Shown here: piece after piece, positions 42,701 through 57,500 of the stretch | Layout of the letters: each line of letters begins with the position of its first letter | How positions within the stretch are numbered: the first letter of the stretch is position 1 | NCBI GenBank assembly: GCA_000934665.2 | Contig: JYFJ02001086.1 | Coordinates: 1-64,000, forward strand | Reading direction: 5' to 3' | Origin: Catajapyx aquilonaris | Taxonomy: Eukaryota | Length of the DNA stretch: 64,000 nt | Notes under the pieces: model-generated | What the model saw: the letters and a program-made list of their open reading frames with translations, nothing else | Told to the model about the DNA's origin: nothing | Databases searched by the model: none | Position numbers and translations under genes: made by a program

Positions 42701-45700
42701 GTTTGATAAATATGCTTTCCCCCTCAGTCGGGTGACTAGTTATTGGGTTGGCTGGAAGTGTTCGTCTGTGGCACTTCTCCCATCTTATACATTTCAGTCC
42801 TGTGAGGTTCTGAATTCGATTTGGAATGTAAGCTCCGTTTTGCTACACCCGGTATTATCGACCAAGTATTATTGTGAACATCCGTTGTAGCAATATAACT
42901 TATAAGTGCCATTACTTGCGGCACATTCCTTACGAGTAGAAAGGGAGCAATGTGTCGCAGGTAGTGGCACTTGCAGGATGTACAAAATTGATTGAACGAG
43001 CAGTGCACTTAGGCCATTTGCCATAGCACTTCAAGTGCATTAACCCAGAATAAATCCACATATCTATGCACATGTTAAATGCTTCTCATATACGCTTGCC
43101 GCCTTATACATACTACCATAGCGGTCAAAATGATGAAGGGTGTTACATCATGAGTGACTCCAACCAGTTCACTGGAATTCCAGTGGTGTCTACTCTAGTG
43201 CAAATACAGAGTAGCGGACATCATAATCTTCACGTACTCAACAGTATAATTATGAGTGTCGGGCAAAAACATCACCAGTTTTGTAGCGAACCTTTTGGAC
43301 AGTGAATGGTAGGCTATATTATTAGCTTTACTCTGGTACACGCAATACATAATAAATGCAGATTTTTCTTTTACTCAGATGACTGGGCTAGGAACTCAAA
43401 TGTTGTACTGACTATGAAATGATAAATCAACAAATAGAATACCCAAAATTATTTTAATTATTTCCCTCTTGCCTAAATCAACATATAAGAGTTTGTAACG
43501 TTTTCTGGCATTCTGGCTCCCAGAGAATTACCAGCTGGCCAGCACGGACATTTTCACTCATAAATGAAAACTTTTAACTCATTTAATATAGAGCATACGG
43601 TATTAATTACCGCATATACAACGTTCACTTAGCAGTTACCGATGCTGAATAGTGCGAAAATAACTGCTCACTGAGTCACTGTATAGTCTGCATATTCCAC
43701 TCACTTGATAATGATGAAAACTGCCCAGAAGTATTTTCCCTCACATTCATTTCGACCGAACAGTATATACGTGTAGTCCTTCAGTACATTATATAGCTGT
43801 GCCAACTCTGTCCGCAACGCGTATTCGTATGCAGTCCGGCGGAAATTACAGTGTTAGTTGACAACTATTAGGCTATGTGACACAAAAAAGTGTATGCTGA
43901 AAATTCGCTTTATCTGTACGGTCTGTTAACAGGAGTTAATTTCGAACGCTTTCAGGCACAGATCCTAATTGCACCGAATTACGCTGAATAGTACAGCAGT
44001 GTACACATCCGACGCATCACGTTTGGCGTGGGAAACATTCCGCAGTGAAAAGGTGTCATTGTAATATGTGCAGTTCCGTGCAAGCACACCAGCTGTCAGT
44101 CGGAAAAAAACTCCATTAAATTCCACATTACCTCTCCCAGCTTCACAGAGATAGAAAAAAAACCTGGAAAAAAGTTCTCTATGGTGGTGAACTCGAGCAG
44201 AACACAAAAGCTTAGCCGGGAAACATAATTCCACAATAAACGGGGCAGCGATTTTCCGCCTCATTACGACCCGGAGTTCCGGAGACCTCGGGAGGTCGTC
44301 CACACTTGCGCTGTTTTTTTCCACCATCTTAGGTCGGTGTAGAATCGGCCTATAATTGGAAGAAAGTATTCGCATAGCCCCATGTTTGCTCGTGGAAAAA
44401 TGCTGCGAAGAAAAGGTGGCCGGGGCCAGGCTCTCTCAGGCTTAAAACACTCCCCCAGACGTCTTGTGCAGACTGCCCATTTTCGCACATCTTCTCAATA
44501 TTTCATCCACACACACAAAAAAAAAAATCGGCCTAGGCGACGAGGGACGGATTTCCCGAAGAGAACTTTCGCATTTTCACCATTTTTTCCCCACTTGGAT
44601 GGAGAAAGGGACACGATGGCGAAGAGGAAGTGGTGGAGAGTAAACAAGCTTGCGGAGGAAAAATGTCCGGGCAAAACCCTCCAGCAAGAGAGCTGCTCCC
44701 CAACAAATTCACCTGCTATTGGAAACCGGTATATAATACTGCGGACTTATAGAAAAAAGTCTGCAAGATGTGCCGAGGGGTTGAAAAGGAAGGTACACCA
44801 ATCCTGACGAATATTGGAATATTAATACTTTGGCTGTATACAGTTTTGATCGCGTTTTGATGGTATAGCCACGGGGCTAAATTCCACCGATATTAAACAT
44901 TTAAAGGGGACAATGCACCCCACTGAAAATTTTAACGTCCATCCCTTTAGCGTACTGCATAATGAGACCCTCCAACTATACCCAGTATAAGTTACGACCT
45001 GGACATTTTGCAGGGAAAGATAACTTATAATCAAACTCCGAACGCGGGCCCCGCAACTTCAACAACAATTTGTCGAGGGACCGTGATTGACCCTACCCCT
45101 GATTTAGCAAACGAGCTGGCCGGGAGAGACAGCAAACAAGGCCTATCTTCATAGGCTAGTAGTCAACATGGCCGCATAGCCATCGATTTTCTGAATAGTA
45201 GTTGCAGTGCAATTCGGGACGCCCCAAACATTTTATGCCCTAGGTAAGGTAGACATTTCAGCCAGACCATATACACATGACGCTCAACCCTCCACACACT
45301 AACTCTATAACCTGATTAATTTACTAGATGCGGGGGGAAAAAAGGGTCCCTCCCACTGAAAACATTACTAATGGAGGCGGGATTTTGTAATTGCACAAGT
45401 GAGCATGGACATGGGGAGCTCTTTCTGTCCATTCAAGGCCTGCGCAGAGTCAAATAGCACCCTCTATAATGTATATACCCTGCCCCCTAACCCTTAATTG
45501 AACGTCATTTAAATCGGTGCGAATCATTTGTTAGGTTCGTTATTAAGAGTGATGATGTGTCAGGAGCGACTTTGTGCTGCGTCCGGCAAATCCCAGGATA
45601 AACAGTCCGAGAGGGGCCGGCACACTTTATGAAATAATATCTGCCCTGGAGTTTTGGGAGGGAGAAACCCGCATGGGACGGAATGGAAAATTGGGCAAAG

Positions 45701-47697
45701 AAAAAAAAAAACCCCATGGTAGGCCTAATTGGATATTGCACCAAGTACAATGCAGTATGAAATGGTCTTGGGCGCTGAAAACCCATTCTATTGAACTTCC
45801 CATTTGTTTCTTCACGGGGAAGTGGAATCGCATGTTTATAGGGCATTAAATCTTAACGACGGCAATAACTTCGTACTTGAGTAGATATTACATTTCGGAT
45901 GCGGAAATTCCATTAGGAATAACACGGTAGTGGATGCTCCATTTCAAATGCTCGTTTCGATTGTGGTCCGAAGGACACATATGTGCCTGGCACACACATT
46001 GTGTTAAAACTCTTCAGACCGAATGTACTCTTTTCAATTATGAATTTTCCCTAACAACGGCCAGTGTGTATAATGTCTTTGGGCCCACTCGTGTGAAACA
46101 ACACGATAATCAAAGTTGATGACAGCACCAAGCTAATGCTGTTAATAAATTTACAAACACGGAAGTTATTATCAAGGATCGATTTACACCAGTGTCTGAT
46201 TAGTTTGGACTGTAATCGTCCCCTGAGGGATTATTCCCCCCTCTGGCAAAGACCAGCCAGAAAAAAAAGCTGGGGCGAGATATAAAACGGCATGTCGATG
46301 GGAATATGGCGATGAGGTGGTCTGGCCCAGCCAAATCTCAGGCCGCATTCAACGCGAGCGGAACGGCCTTTTGATGAAGTTGAGATGTAGGCCCCGGTTA
46401 TGAAAACGGATAGTTGAACAGAACAAGAGGGTTCCGGACATGATGAAATTCCAGCTGGGTTCCAGCCCGAATCAGGCCAGTTTTTCGATTTGTAATCACG
46501 TGTGTAAAAGTGTGGACTTTTGGGACCCAGTGCTGTGGGGGCGAACAAATTATTCAAGGGGCAGGCGACTTGAGTATCTGGGCCATAACAAGGAGATGAA
46601 ATATAGGCTCATACCTAGCCAGCTGATGGCAAGCAAAGTTTCATTAGAGTTGGGGCTAGGCGTTTGCCTTCATACCGGTTTTAATGAGTCTAGGAGGCGG
46701 GAGCAGTCGCCATTAACTGGAGGAAGTCATATGTCTCCAGCAGCTCTGCATTGATCACCAAAGTGCGAGGAGCACTCTTAAATAAGCCTTCACACTTGTC
46801 ATGGCCTCATTGGACCCCAATTTGCACCATTCAAGCCAAGACAGCCAGGTGAACAAACGAAAATGCATAGGCCTACATGCTAATTGCCGCGTAATTAGAG
46901 GTTAGGCCCAATCTGGTAGAGGAACAACTTTTGAGTGACGCTGCCAGGATTATCCCTTAATTTTCGCAGCACTTTGGACCAGCGTGGTCGTGCCAATCCT
47001 TCGGAGGAAAACCGGTTCACATTCTCACTTGGGATAGTCCAAGTGGAGGAAGGCAGCATTATCCTGTCATGGCCTCCGGGGATGGAGCTCAGCTTTCCAA
47101 CTCACCTGCATGCGTAGCCTATGATTTAAAAGACAGCCGTGGTTTCCGTCTCGACCAACCTTTTTTTGTGTGTGTTTGTCCATACCACATTAATTGGTAT
47201 TCGATTCTATGTTGTCATTGCGAGTCAAGTTGCTCTCGAAATCCCTGCTGCCATGGGGTAAAAAGGGGGTTGCTCAGCGACAAGGTGCGTTAACGAGTTC
47301 ATCAGCTTCACGTTGTAGGTTTTGAACAAATCGTGGGCATGCAAATGAAATCTGCAAAGTCCAAAAAAACCAGTTTCCAGATAACCCAAAGCAAAGATTT
47401 GACCTTGCTACATGCTAGTGAAGACAGAAAATCTTGGCTTTCTGGCTCATTGTGAGTCTTTAGGACTGAATGGACTTGCCACAGCAAAAACAATGCTACT
47501 TGGTGGTGTAAATAATTCAAAACCGCCAAAATTTCACTTGGTGCAGGCTATGCCCACGAAATGCAGTATGTCTTTCTACAGTAGAGTGACATACACATTA
47601 GTACTATAAATAAAAATGGCCATCAATATCACATCAATATGGCACTAGCCCATTCATATTTTACCCTAGCACCTATGTTACGTGTCAAAAATGCAAA

Positions 47698-47728
47698 ACA
47701 ACAACAACCACAACAACAACAACAACAA
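47698..47728 (+). repeat. Imperfect (CAA)n microsatellite
   Basis: Seen directly; accounts for the poly-Gln and poly-Cys ORFs. Confidence 0.93.
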
Positions 47729-48512
47729 AAACTGCAGTCTCTGCCTGCATGCAAGGAACAAAAAGTGCGTGGACCGTACTTGATGCGTGTTGCTCGAACG
47801 CGTACAGGCCAACCGATCACACATGACGGTTATTCATGCCCGCCACGAGTTCAGGTGGTCAATTACCGAGTTCATTAAGCAAATTTACAGAAAACAAATT
47901 ATGAATAATCGCATCGCAATGAATCGGGAACATTGATTGATTACTACACCGGCTTTTGTAACGTCATCTCATTACCCTGTGTAATGTCACGCGACATCCC
48001 GTTAATTATAATCGCTGCACACATTTTCATAACATTGCTTTTATTAATGCAGAAACGGCGAGCTGGAACGAATTGTCGCAGCGGATGTTTTGTGTGTGGA
48101 AACGCTTTTTAATGAATTTTTCTCGCGCGGGTAAAGCTCCTTCCTCGACACGAGAAAATCTGACCGGAACCCAGTTTAAGTAGCGGCTGAGAGGAAATGA
48201 AGAAGGGAGGATTTCCTTGCGGTTTGGCAACCGACAGTTCTCCAAGGAAGGTTTGGCTGGAAGCTGCAGCCTCTCTCGCCTAGAGAGAGAAAAGAGCGGA
48301 CACGCTTGACCGCCACATTGGTCCTACTTCACCGGAGGATTTTCCGGACCGCCGCTCGCCACGTTCTCAAGGAGACCACTATGGGACCCTTCTCATACTC
48401 GCCTGCTGTCACATTCCACCACACATTCGACATTGTTCATACTGCTGATTTCAGTATTTTTTATAAAACAGCACACGACTAATTCAAAATGGAAAAGAGT
48501 TTTATAACTCAC

Positions 48513-48562
48513 CTTGTATTTTTGGTGAATCCTTCTCATCCATCTTTTCCCTTCATTCCCAA
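48513..48562 (-). other. Candidate 50-nt exon of an unidentified minus-strand gene
   Basis: Acceptor T10-GCTGACAG (plus 48563-48580) and consensus donor AAG|GTGAGT (plus 48507-48512). Only one frame is open throughout: (x)GNEGKRWMRRIHQKYK, ending in phase 0. An ATG at 48543 gives the alternative MDEKDSPKIQ, phase 1. No homology recognised. Confidence 0.4.
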
Positions 48563-51500
48563 CTGTCAGCAAAAAAAAAAGTTGTGGTGTCGGACATGTT
48601 GACAGGGAATATGGGCGATAATATTGTCGACCTCACACAGATAGCTCTTCCGCACGAACCCTCCTCACGCTCTTAATCAATATAGTTTTCGATGTTTGTG
48701 TTGCGGGATGGACGTCCGGGATACCCAACTTGACGTGTGGATGTAAAGTCAATAAGAGATGAAGGAACCACTGAACTCTGGAGGGGCAATTTTGGGATTG
48801 GGAAAAGTTACAACGATTGTAGATAATTTCATCTGTCCGCAAGAGGCAATATTTGGTCATAAAGTAGAATAAGTGCCTGGAATTTTGGAATAGACTATTC
48901 GTCTTTATGCTGTCGTCTTTCGCAAAACTGGAAACGCGAACGACCTACAATATACAACAGATTTGTGACGGATACAAGCAGCCTAAAATGTCATAGCTGA
49001 CTGGATGCAGAAACATGACAGTCCTGTGAAATTACGCGAGAAAAGAGTACAATAAATCGGAGTTTACGGCCGTCATAACCCCGCAAACAACTACATCATC
49101 TCTAATTTTTCGTACCGCAGACCCGTTCAAAAAGGGCCAAAACTGACCTCGGATCGTAACTCACGGTTTTTTTGTCCTCGGTTCATATCTCCTGCATGAA
49201 GGGGAGCCAAGTCGTATTCGCTAATTAGCCGCCAGAAGATGCGCCTGCCGGGAATTTCCGACATTATTTATTTGGCAGCAAAACGGGTCCAAATAAACCC
49301 GGCCTACCTTATGCGGGTAGGCAGGATAGGAAAGAGTTTACAAAAAAAGAATTATCAGATACCAGCAGGACCTCTAAACCTCGTTTCGCTACTTAAAATT
49401 ACAAGTAAGCTGCTTTTCCGCTTGGCATGTTAATTGTCCTGAATGCACGCGACTATCAAATGATGTCTTCCAGCGGAACATAACTTCATCCTCGTGTTGG
49501 ATCATCCGTGCCACCAGAGAACACTATTAGTCTCGTATAATACAGCATTTATGGTAATGCAAAACGGCAAAGTTAAAATTGGCCATTAGGAAATAAGCTA
49601 ACTATAAATTTTACTTTAAGACTAGAGCATCCCGGCCAAATGTGTTGCCATTTTTTAAAGGGTGACTGTATGCGCTAACTGTTATTTGAAATGTAAATTT
49701 TGTTTTTAAAAATGTTTTAGCTTCAAAATTACCACAGTCCTGTTAACAACGGTGTATTTGTTATGTGTACGCTTTTGCAGGCCGAGTTGAAATTGAATTT
49801 GCGGTGACCTAGTCCATAGTGCTATCATTGCTATGCACTATTAGCTGGTGTCCATAAGTAAATTACTTGCCCAAGCCAATATTGCCAAACGAATCATTTA
49901 TTGGCACAAGTAATTATTATGCATATAAATAATTTTATTGGCAAATGTGTTCAACAGAGGTATAACAACTACATTCTTTTAATGCAGGAGGGAAATTTCT
50001 GTATGCATGAAACTAATGCAATAGAGTTTTATACAAATCGAAACGCCCTTAGTAAAAAAAGGCATAATTTTGCAGTAAAAATTTCCAACCTTCGTGGTGA
50101 ATTTTTATTTCGAGCAATGCAGGCCGCTGAACCTTGACAACTTTGTGCATATTTTATTATAACAACCACTGTACACGAGACAATTGGCCCAGCTACACTT
50201 TCACCTAAATACACAATGAGCACAAAAATAGCGTAAAAGAAGCATCAGTGTTGCCTTCTCTTCCATCAGAGCTATTGATCTGCTTCTCTTTGTTGGGTGC
50301 TGAACGAGAGAGTGATTTGACCCAAAGAACACTCAAAAGACCTGCTGTCGATACGAAATGAAGACCTGAAATACAGAAAGATCAAAGTCCCATTTGATTG
50401 ACTTTGAGATATGAGTATTCGAAGTTTGAAGGATGCTTTTGCACAAATTTCTGTAGGAGATTGTGAATATTCGCTATCCGAAAACTGCAAAATTTGTGTC
50501 TGATCATACTGATTGTTCAAATAAGTTATTTCTTACGCCATGCTAAATGATGGTATACACCATTTTATATGACGCGTTATATTTTATTATTTGACACAAT
50601 ATTTGATGATTTGAAAATATTTCACTATTGACAGAACTTGAATCACGCAAGATACACTTAAGATATTGACACCTGAAAATGGTGGCGAGGAAGGCCAGGT
50701 GCACCGATTCCATGAGGATCCCTAATTAGTTCCGAGTTTGAACCGGAAGAGCTTTCGGGAAAGGCGAGGAAAGCCACTGGGAAAGTTATCCTTCTGAAAC
50801 ATCTCGCAAGTTTATTACCGTCTTGTTAGATAGGATTAGCGGCGAACCTATTTAGTCTCCCAAGATTCATGCTGGCACTTCCGGATCCATGGACACTAAA
50901 ATTCGTAGTAACGTGATTTACTCCGGTTGTGGCATAAATCTTCGGGAGAGAAAAAAAAAAATCGGAGCGTTCATGCAAATGAATCCCATATTTCAACGTG
51001 TAAAATCAGCAAAGAAAGTTCAGAGGACACATCTGCACCTAAATTATTCACAAAGTCATGTACGCTTTAAGTACACATTAGAAGAAGCCAGGCAAGGTGA
51101 AATGGGACTAATTGAGAGCGCCAGGCGGCGGCGCCACAACTTAATGCATTATACACTAAACTGCAAGCATGTACTTGGGTACTTGCTACACTATTTACAG
51201 GCCCCTCCTTGCTGCCTCCGCAGCTCTCCAGGGCCCGTGTAATTCCCCCGTCGTAAACAAAGGAAAATGGAAATTTGCATCTAGGAAGCTATGCAACATG
51301 TTCCCTACAACCCGCCCGGAAAACTTAATTTCACTTCCATAAAATACCTGGCTACCAGCCAGGCTTCTTTTTTCCTCTACTTTTCTCTGATTTTTTTACC
51401 CTTTTTTCTCCTTCTTTCGTCTTTCAGATTTTTTAATAGCAAAGTCGTAAGGAGAAATGGGAAGAAACAATTCCTTCTCTTTTTATCCGGACCGTTTTTT

Positions 51501-54500
51501 CTCGGGTTGAGCGGACGGATTTGGAGTTTGCACGCCAAAACCTGGCTTATTAGAGCGGCGAGAAGGCCAGTTTCACATCGATCCAGTAGACGGACCACTC
51601 TCTATCAACTTACAGAGGAGCATTCCGCTCTCAAAACTGCTTCATTCATTTTATAACGCATCATGTACTCCTCATTTGTCGTTAGAATAGTGGTTTCAAC
51701 CGATACTAAATTCCAAAGGGCCAGTCATGTACTATCAGCAAACTATTATTCCGGACACTTTCGAGTGTTTTTCTTATGGGAGAGTGTCCACAATTATTGC
51801 GTGAGCCTCAAAATTGATTCGTTTAATATTCTGTGAAGATTGTGATGTAGTGGGGGCCATCTTAAGTTGTGAATAACAGCCTGCAAGATGTCTCTGAAGT
51901 ATTACATAAATTGGTGTCGGAAAAGACACGCAACGAGGCTTGAATTTGAATTGAAGGGCCACTAAATGTGATGGATTGCACACGCCCGTTAGATAAGGTT
52001 GCTTTTGATAGCATAATTGTATACACCTGCGCAGCCCTGGTTGCCGAGCTCCAAGGATTCATGAAAGTCAAATATACTGGACCAGACGAGAGCAATCTGT
52101 CTCACAGTGAACGCAGGTATTTTTAGATTTTATTTTCTTGAAATGAACTCAAATTTTATTACAAGTAATATTTTAATTTTAGATTAAATTAAAATAAACA
52201 TCATTTGCACACCTGGCAGAGGTGTGCGTACGAGTACATATTATTTCATTGCAAAACCGGTATATACTTGGAGGAATTAATTTAATTTTAAAACACTAGA
52301 GTTATAGAGCATGCGACCAGTTTTTTTTACGGATGGGGAGGGGATCATTTACTAGCAATTTTCGGTATGGCTCAACATTGCTTTCAATTAACTACACCTC
52401 CATTTAGAACTAGACTTTTCTAATTAATACCAGCCTGATCCGTATGATCCTTGAAAACGTAATTGTCCATCTAGTTTTTATTCGAAAGTGCAGCCACCTT
52501 TTCCCCCTCTCAACATTTCTATGCCTGCATCGCCATGACGACTGACTCGCCATTTCTGCTTTAAAACTCACTTTTCTAAACATTAATTAAACATTGCTCT
52601 GCGGAAAAGGCGCCAGAGCAATAAATAATGAAGTTACCAACCTGGTCCGAGAGGAAATGCAACGGTGGACAAAAAGCAGGTAACTACGTTTGCATATTAA
52701 TTGTGTCAACCATCGGTTGCTTCGCCCATGCGAACCACTCTTCTACCCCCGGCAAATAAATTACATCACGAGGGTACGGTTGCGGGAGAGGAGAAAGAGA
52801 AGAGAAGGGGGAGAAAAAAAGGAAAAGACGTTGCAGGATAAAGTGCCTTTCTTTTTCCTGCATTTTCCCTCGCTTGTTAAAGCTTTCCCCCGTTCTTAAA
52901 TTACGACGACGGGAGGGTTGAGAGATGGTCCCTAAATCCCCTCCAATCGTCTTCTTTCCGCTCCAGAGGTTATGCGTCTTAGTTCACAGATTCCAGGCTC
53001 AGCATCGCTGCTTTTTTTATCGGCATGTTCGCGTCCAACGGGAGACATTACTGATTTTTTCCTCAGATATTAATACTTCTGAAATGTTGTCAAAACTTTA
53101 CAGACTGATATTTTCTTATATTGCTGCTTCAGTCTTCGACACGCCCCATCACCCACCCTCTGAAGGTGCCAGCTGCTGAGGCCCGAATTCTGTTTTTTTT
53201 TGCTTTCTTCCTAAATGGCAGTGGATCTAGATTTGGCGCTCATATGACTGCTAAGAAGGGTTAGTCCGGCTTTAGAGTGGTGCTAAGATGGCTTGGGTAT
53301 AGTAAAAAAAAAATATTTATTTGAAACCCAAATAATTGAACCAAACCACATGGTACACCCTTTGGAAGCATATAGAGTCGTATTTTTGAAATGTCTCGCA
53401 CAAAGCACGTATGTGTCGCGGATTATTAATATCCATAGGTTCAGCCCCCTCTCTTTCCGTTGTTCCTAATTCCCACGCGAAGAAGTAATCAATGCCGAAG
53501 GCACTTTCCGATTTTGCTGCATCGGTGTTTCTGGGCTCTTTTTGGAGGAAGCCAAGCCAGCACCTTCTTGGGCCGAAACAAGAACTTGCAGCCTGGGAGA
53601 ACTGGGCAAAAGAGAAGATGGCCGCCTGGTGGAAATGTGACAGATGCTGCGCTGGCTTTTTAAAGCGACCCTCTCGTGTTCTGCTGACGGATAGGGGATT
53701 GGAGGAGACATGCGAACTAGGGAGAAAGAGAGAGAAAAAGGTGGACTTCGTCAACGGAAATGGAGGTGCCAACGGTCCCTTCTCAACTTCTTCCACTTGA
53801 GGCTTAAAAGCCTCGTAAAAGATCGACGGAATCTGAATGGCACTCTTGCAGCCTCCAGACCTGCTCAATACGGTCGAATTATTACCAGGCAGTACATCAT
53901 GTGTGGTGGACAGCCAGTGACAAGCGATGACACCCGTAATGATATGACGATATTAATCGTCTTGTAAGTGCATAAACAAGCATTTGGGTCCAAACTGAGC
54001 AAATTGGGCCGCGACAAAAGACAAAATCCTGGTCTGAGGGGGTCGGCATCCAGCAGTGTCCCCCTTGATAGCCCCTTTTCAACCGATACCTTGACCATAA
54101 CAAGGCATTCAGCTGTCAGAAGCGGGCGATTTGTTAAGGTGGATTTGGTGGTTGTCAGGAGGGTACAAGTTGGGGGAGGGTTGAGGGGTGGGCATGTCCC
54201 AAAAAAGATCCCCCTGGGTGTGTGTGCCAGGCGATTAATGTGCGAGCGGTGATTGCACATGTTGCTAAGGATGGACCCGAGGGGGGAGGCTGCAATTAGG
54301 TTCTCGAGGGGAGGTTGGCCCCACCACTTCTTGTCGGCGCTACATGGCGCCCCCCACTTTCGATTATGTGCACCTTCGTAGCCTCGACACGAGAGATGGG
54401 GGGTGAGGGAGGAGAGAAAAGCCTTCGTGTAACCAAACCCGTTCCTCAAGATTACAGCACCCGTCACACCGTGCTGCAGGTATTAAAGCAAACACGTTGC

Positions 54501-57500
54501 CTGTCACTCTCAGCAGCCCTCCCCCACTTCAAATAGCCCCATAAATGTCGCAACCACCGCCTGATGCAGGTCTTGCTGGATTTTCAATGATAAACCACAA
54601 TAATAGTAGTCTCTGGCACTCTTTGCCATCCTAGAAATCCTCCATTTCTTCACTCTGATCCCCAACTACGCTACTGTTCTAGGGTTGCCTATCAGTACTC
54701 TGGCCCGTGTAGATGGTTACCCATGCCGCATCGGATATTGGAATGGCTAATATCTATTCAAGTCTCATATTTAAGTCCCTACAGGGGCTACAAGGGCATA
54801 GCTTGTTCCCATGAGGTGAAGGGGAAGAATTTGTGGGCGTGTCTCTTTTCATTCTTTGTCTCTGTCCGAACCAACCAGCCCTCCCTTTTTCTCTTCCCCT
54901 CATTCTTTTTGCAAAGAGAGCAATACTACATTGTATGCGTAATGTATACTGCGTAATGCTTCTGAAAGATGTGGCCTAAAATATTGATGTCACGAAGCAT
55001 GGTTGTTTGATCAAGCACGAAAATGCAGTGATGCTGGACCATACAGTGGAAGCTTGTTGGACTCTTCGAACGATTTTCAACGCATTTTTGTCGCATATTA
55101 CGAAAACTTGTTCAGTGTGAAACCTTTTTGCTGAACGGAGAATTTTGTGTTGTGGTATTTATGCTCTGTTTGTTTATGAGGAAGTTGTGCGGATTGCCTC
55201 GAATAGTTAGGATAAACGCACTTAGCTGAGTGCTTCGGGTTGTAAGATAAAACTTTTGATCCACTGAAGTACCGCCTTCCAATCTCTTGGGAGATGGGTT
55301 CAAACTCCGCTTTAGAGGTTCGTAATGAATCGTAATGAACCTGGAAGATTGTATGTATAAACAGCATTTAATAATCATCGAAGAGAGAGCCCTTTGATAT
55401 CAGAACAAGCATTTCGATCTACTTTTCTGTCGCTCAGATCTATGTGTCAGGTCTAGCAAGGACTGTCAAAGCCCTTTATAAATGGTTCAGACCGTTCACA
55501 ACAATTTATCAGGAACCAGTCACCTAGAAAATGTGAGGATGAATAATCGCACTCCTCCGTGGCCAAAAATTGTTCAGTTCTCCCCATGAAAATTATGGTC
55601 CCGCTGCGGCTGCGTCTGGGCGACATCAATGAATATATTACATGACGTGGCAAGAAGTCCTATTTTGAGTTTGACACCCACTCATTTGTTTTTTCTCCGT
55701 GTCACAGTGGAATGTTATGCATCATGATCCAAGTCCCTATCAAGTTCAAGGAAAATTTTCAAGTTTGCAAAAGCACGTTATCTGAACCTGGCACTGCACA
55801 TCTGTTACCACGTAATGTGCACATTTGGCCAGAGTATGCTTCGGGTTCGGGAGATTAAATGTCGGTTAATAAACTAAGCGCAATGCAGTTACAAACATAA
55901 TAATAGTATTTACATTAAAAGGGGGTCATTTAGGAGAATGACTTTCATAGCCCTGGTTTGTGGCGAGCAGAGCACCTTATAGCAGGAGCCACTGCATTAT
56001 TATAATGCCTACTCTCTTTGATGTACAAAATTATTAAATTGCACTACTAAGCTTATGATGAACGAAATGAGCTACGCGGTTTATACAGTGTAGCTTAATA
56101 GGAATGCCGGCTTATGACTCATTTTTTGATCCCTACTCTAGCACTGATTGTCGGTAGAAATGGAGGACCGCTCCGAGCAGTGTTGGTAGCGGTAGACAAA
56201 AAAAGAGAGAATATTTCCAACTCTGCGAGAAGAGCAGGAGATGAGGGCCCCATTGGGACTCTGACAAATGCGGCAGGCCGTAAAAGAATAGGGGTGCAGG
56301 AGCTGAATAGCGCGGGGGAGAAAAGCATTGTAAACGAAAATTGTTTCCATCTCATGTCACTAGTTGGGAGGGGATGGGGTGTAGGGGAAAGAGTGACGGC
56401 CACACCATGTTAAGGGGCATTCTATAAAGTTTCAGACTCTGCTTCCGCGTTTTGTGCCCACCAAAGGGCTCATTTGGTAATGGCTCTATAAACACATTGG
56501 CTTTCGCCAGTGAAAAAAGAAAGACGAGGAATAATGTGACACTTGGTCCCCTGAAGCCAAGGGTCCTTACAAATTGGTAGTGGATTATTTTTTGTGTCAT
56601 TCTTACAAAGGAAAAGAATTTATGCCTTGGCAACGTCCTTTGTAACCAACTTGTGTAGAGGGCCATCCGTGGTAAGTGGGTAGGAAAACTATAGTAGCCT
56701 AATATTGAATGCACATGCGTACCACGTGTGATGAGGAAATTCAAGCGTAACTTCCACTCATTTCCTACGCCATCTTTGTGCAGTCGACGAACTTTGGCAT
56801 TACCCCAAGGAACAGGGGCAAGATTTCCCCAACCGCAAACTGCCACCTCCAGTCCCCAAAAGTGGCCCTACCACTAGGACGCTCCGATTCTGACCACGTC
56901 CGTCATTACTCTTTAAGTAGTCTCATACATAAACAAACGGGGGCTCGAACCTTCTTCCCTGCTGATCCTCCCAAAGTACTCATTGGGCCCCTCCCGGGTC
57001 TCTACTCACCTCCCTACTGAAAATTTTGTGCAGATCTCCCTCAGCCATTTCCATCAGCCATGATTCGGGGGAGGAGATTCCAACACAAAGCCCTTTGCCG
57101 GGGACTCAAATTACCCCGGCAGCGGGGACAACAGCTGCTAATAAAGCGTGAGGATGGCGATGACGAAGTGGCGAGCTGCCGTGTGAAAAATGGACCCCAA
57201 ATGGAACGTGTAATTGGGCAGGCCTTGTTTCCTTGTGGCAGCAGGCAAAGAGAGAGAGAGGGGGGGGGGACTACAAGGAGCAATATGATTATCTTTTCTG
57301 CTGACTTCATGTCCTTCCCAGTGGCGTCAGGGGCTTGTCTGTTGGACCCCGTAGAGAGACCCCATTCCCCGCGGGGCTCTCTTGCTCTCAATGAGGGTAC
57401 ATTGTGCCCCTAATTAGGCTGGGATGCCCCCAAGGGCCCGAGTTAGAGGGAGGGGATAGGAAGCTTCTTGAGATACAGGTTCTCATTGCCACTTTCTGGT

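Noticed and set aside
48513..48545. WMRRIH resembling the Hox hexapeptide YPWM(R/K)xxH
   Set aside because: It lacks YP and no homeobox exon is present in the window.
50333..50385. Strong minus-strand acceptor followed by VFISYR (TIR box-1-like)
   Set aside because: A stop follows five codons later and there is no further TIR sequence or clear donor; at most a non-coding exon.
53317..54467. 183-aa and 200-aa minus-strand ORFs
   Set aside because: No motifs or convincing splice signals; consistent with chance ORFs in GC-rich non-coding DNA.
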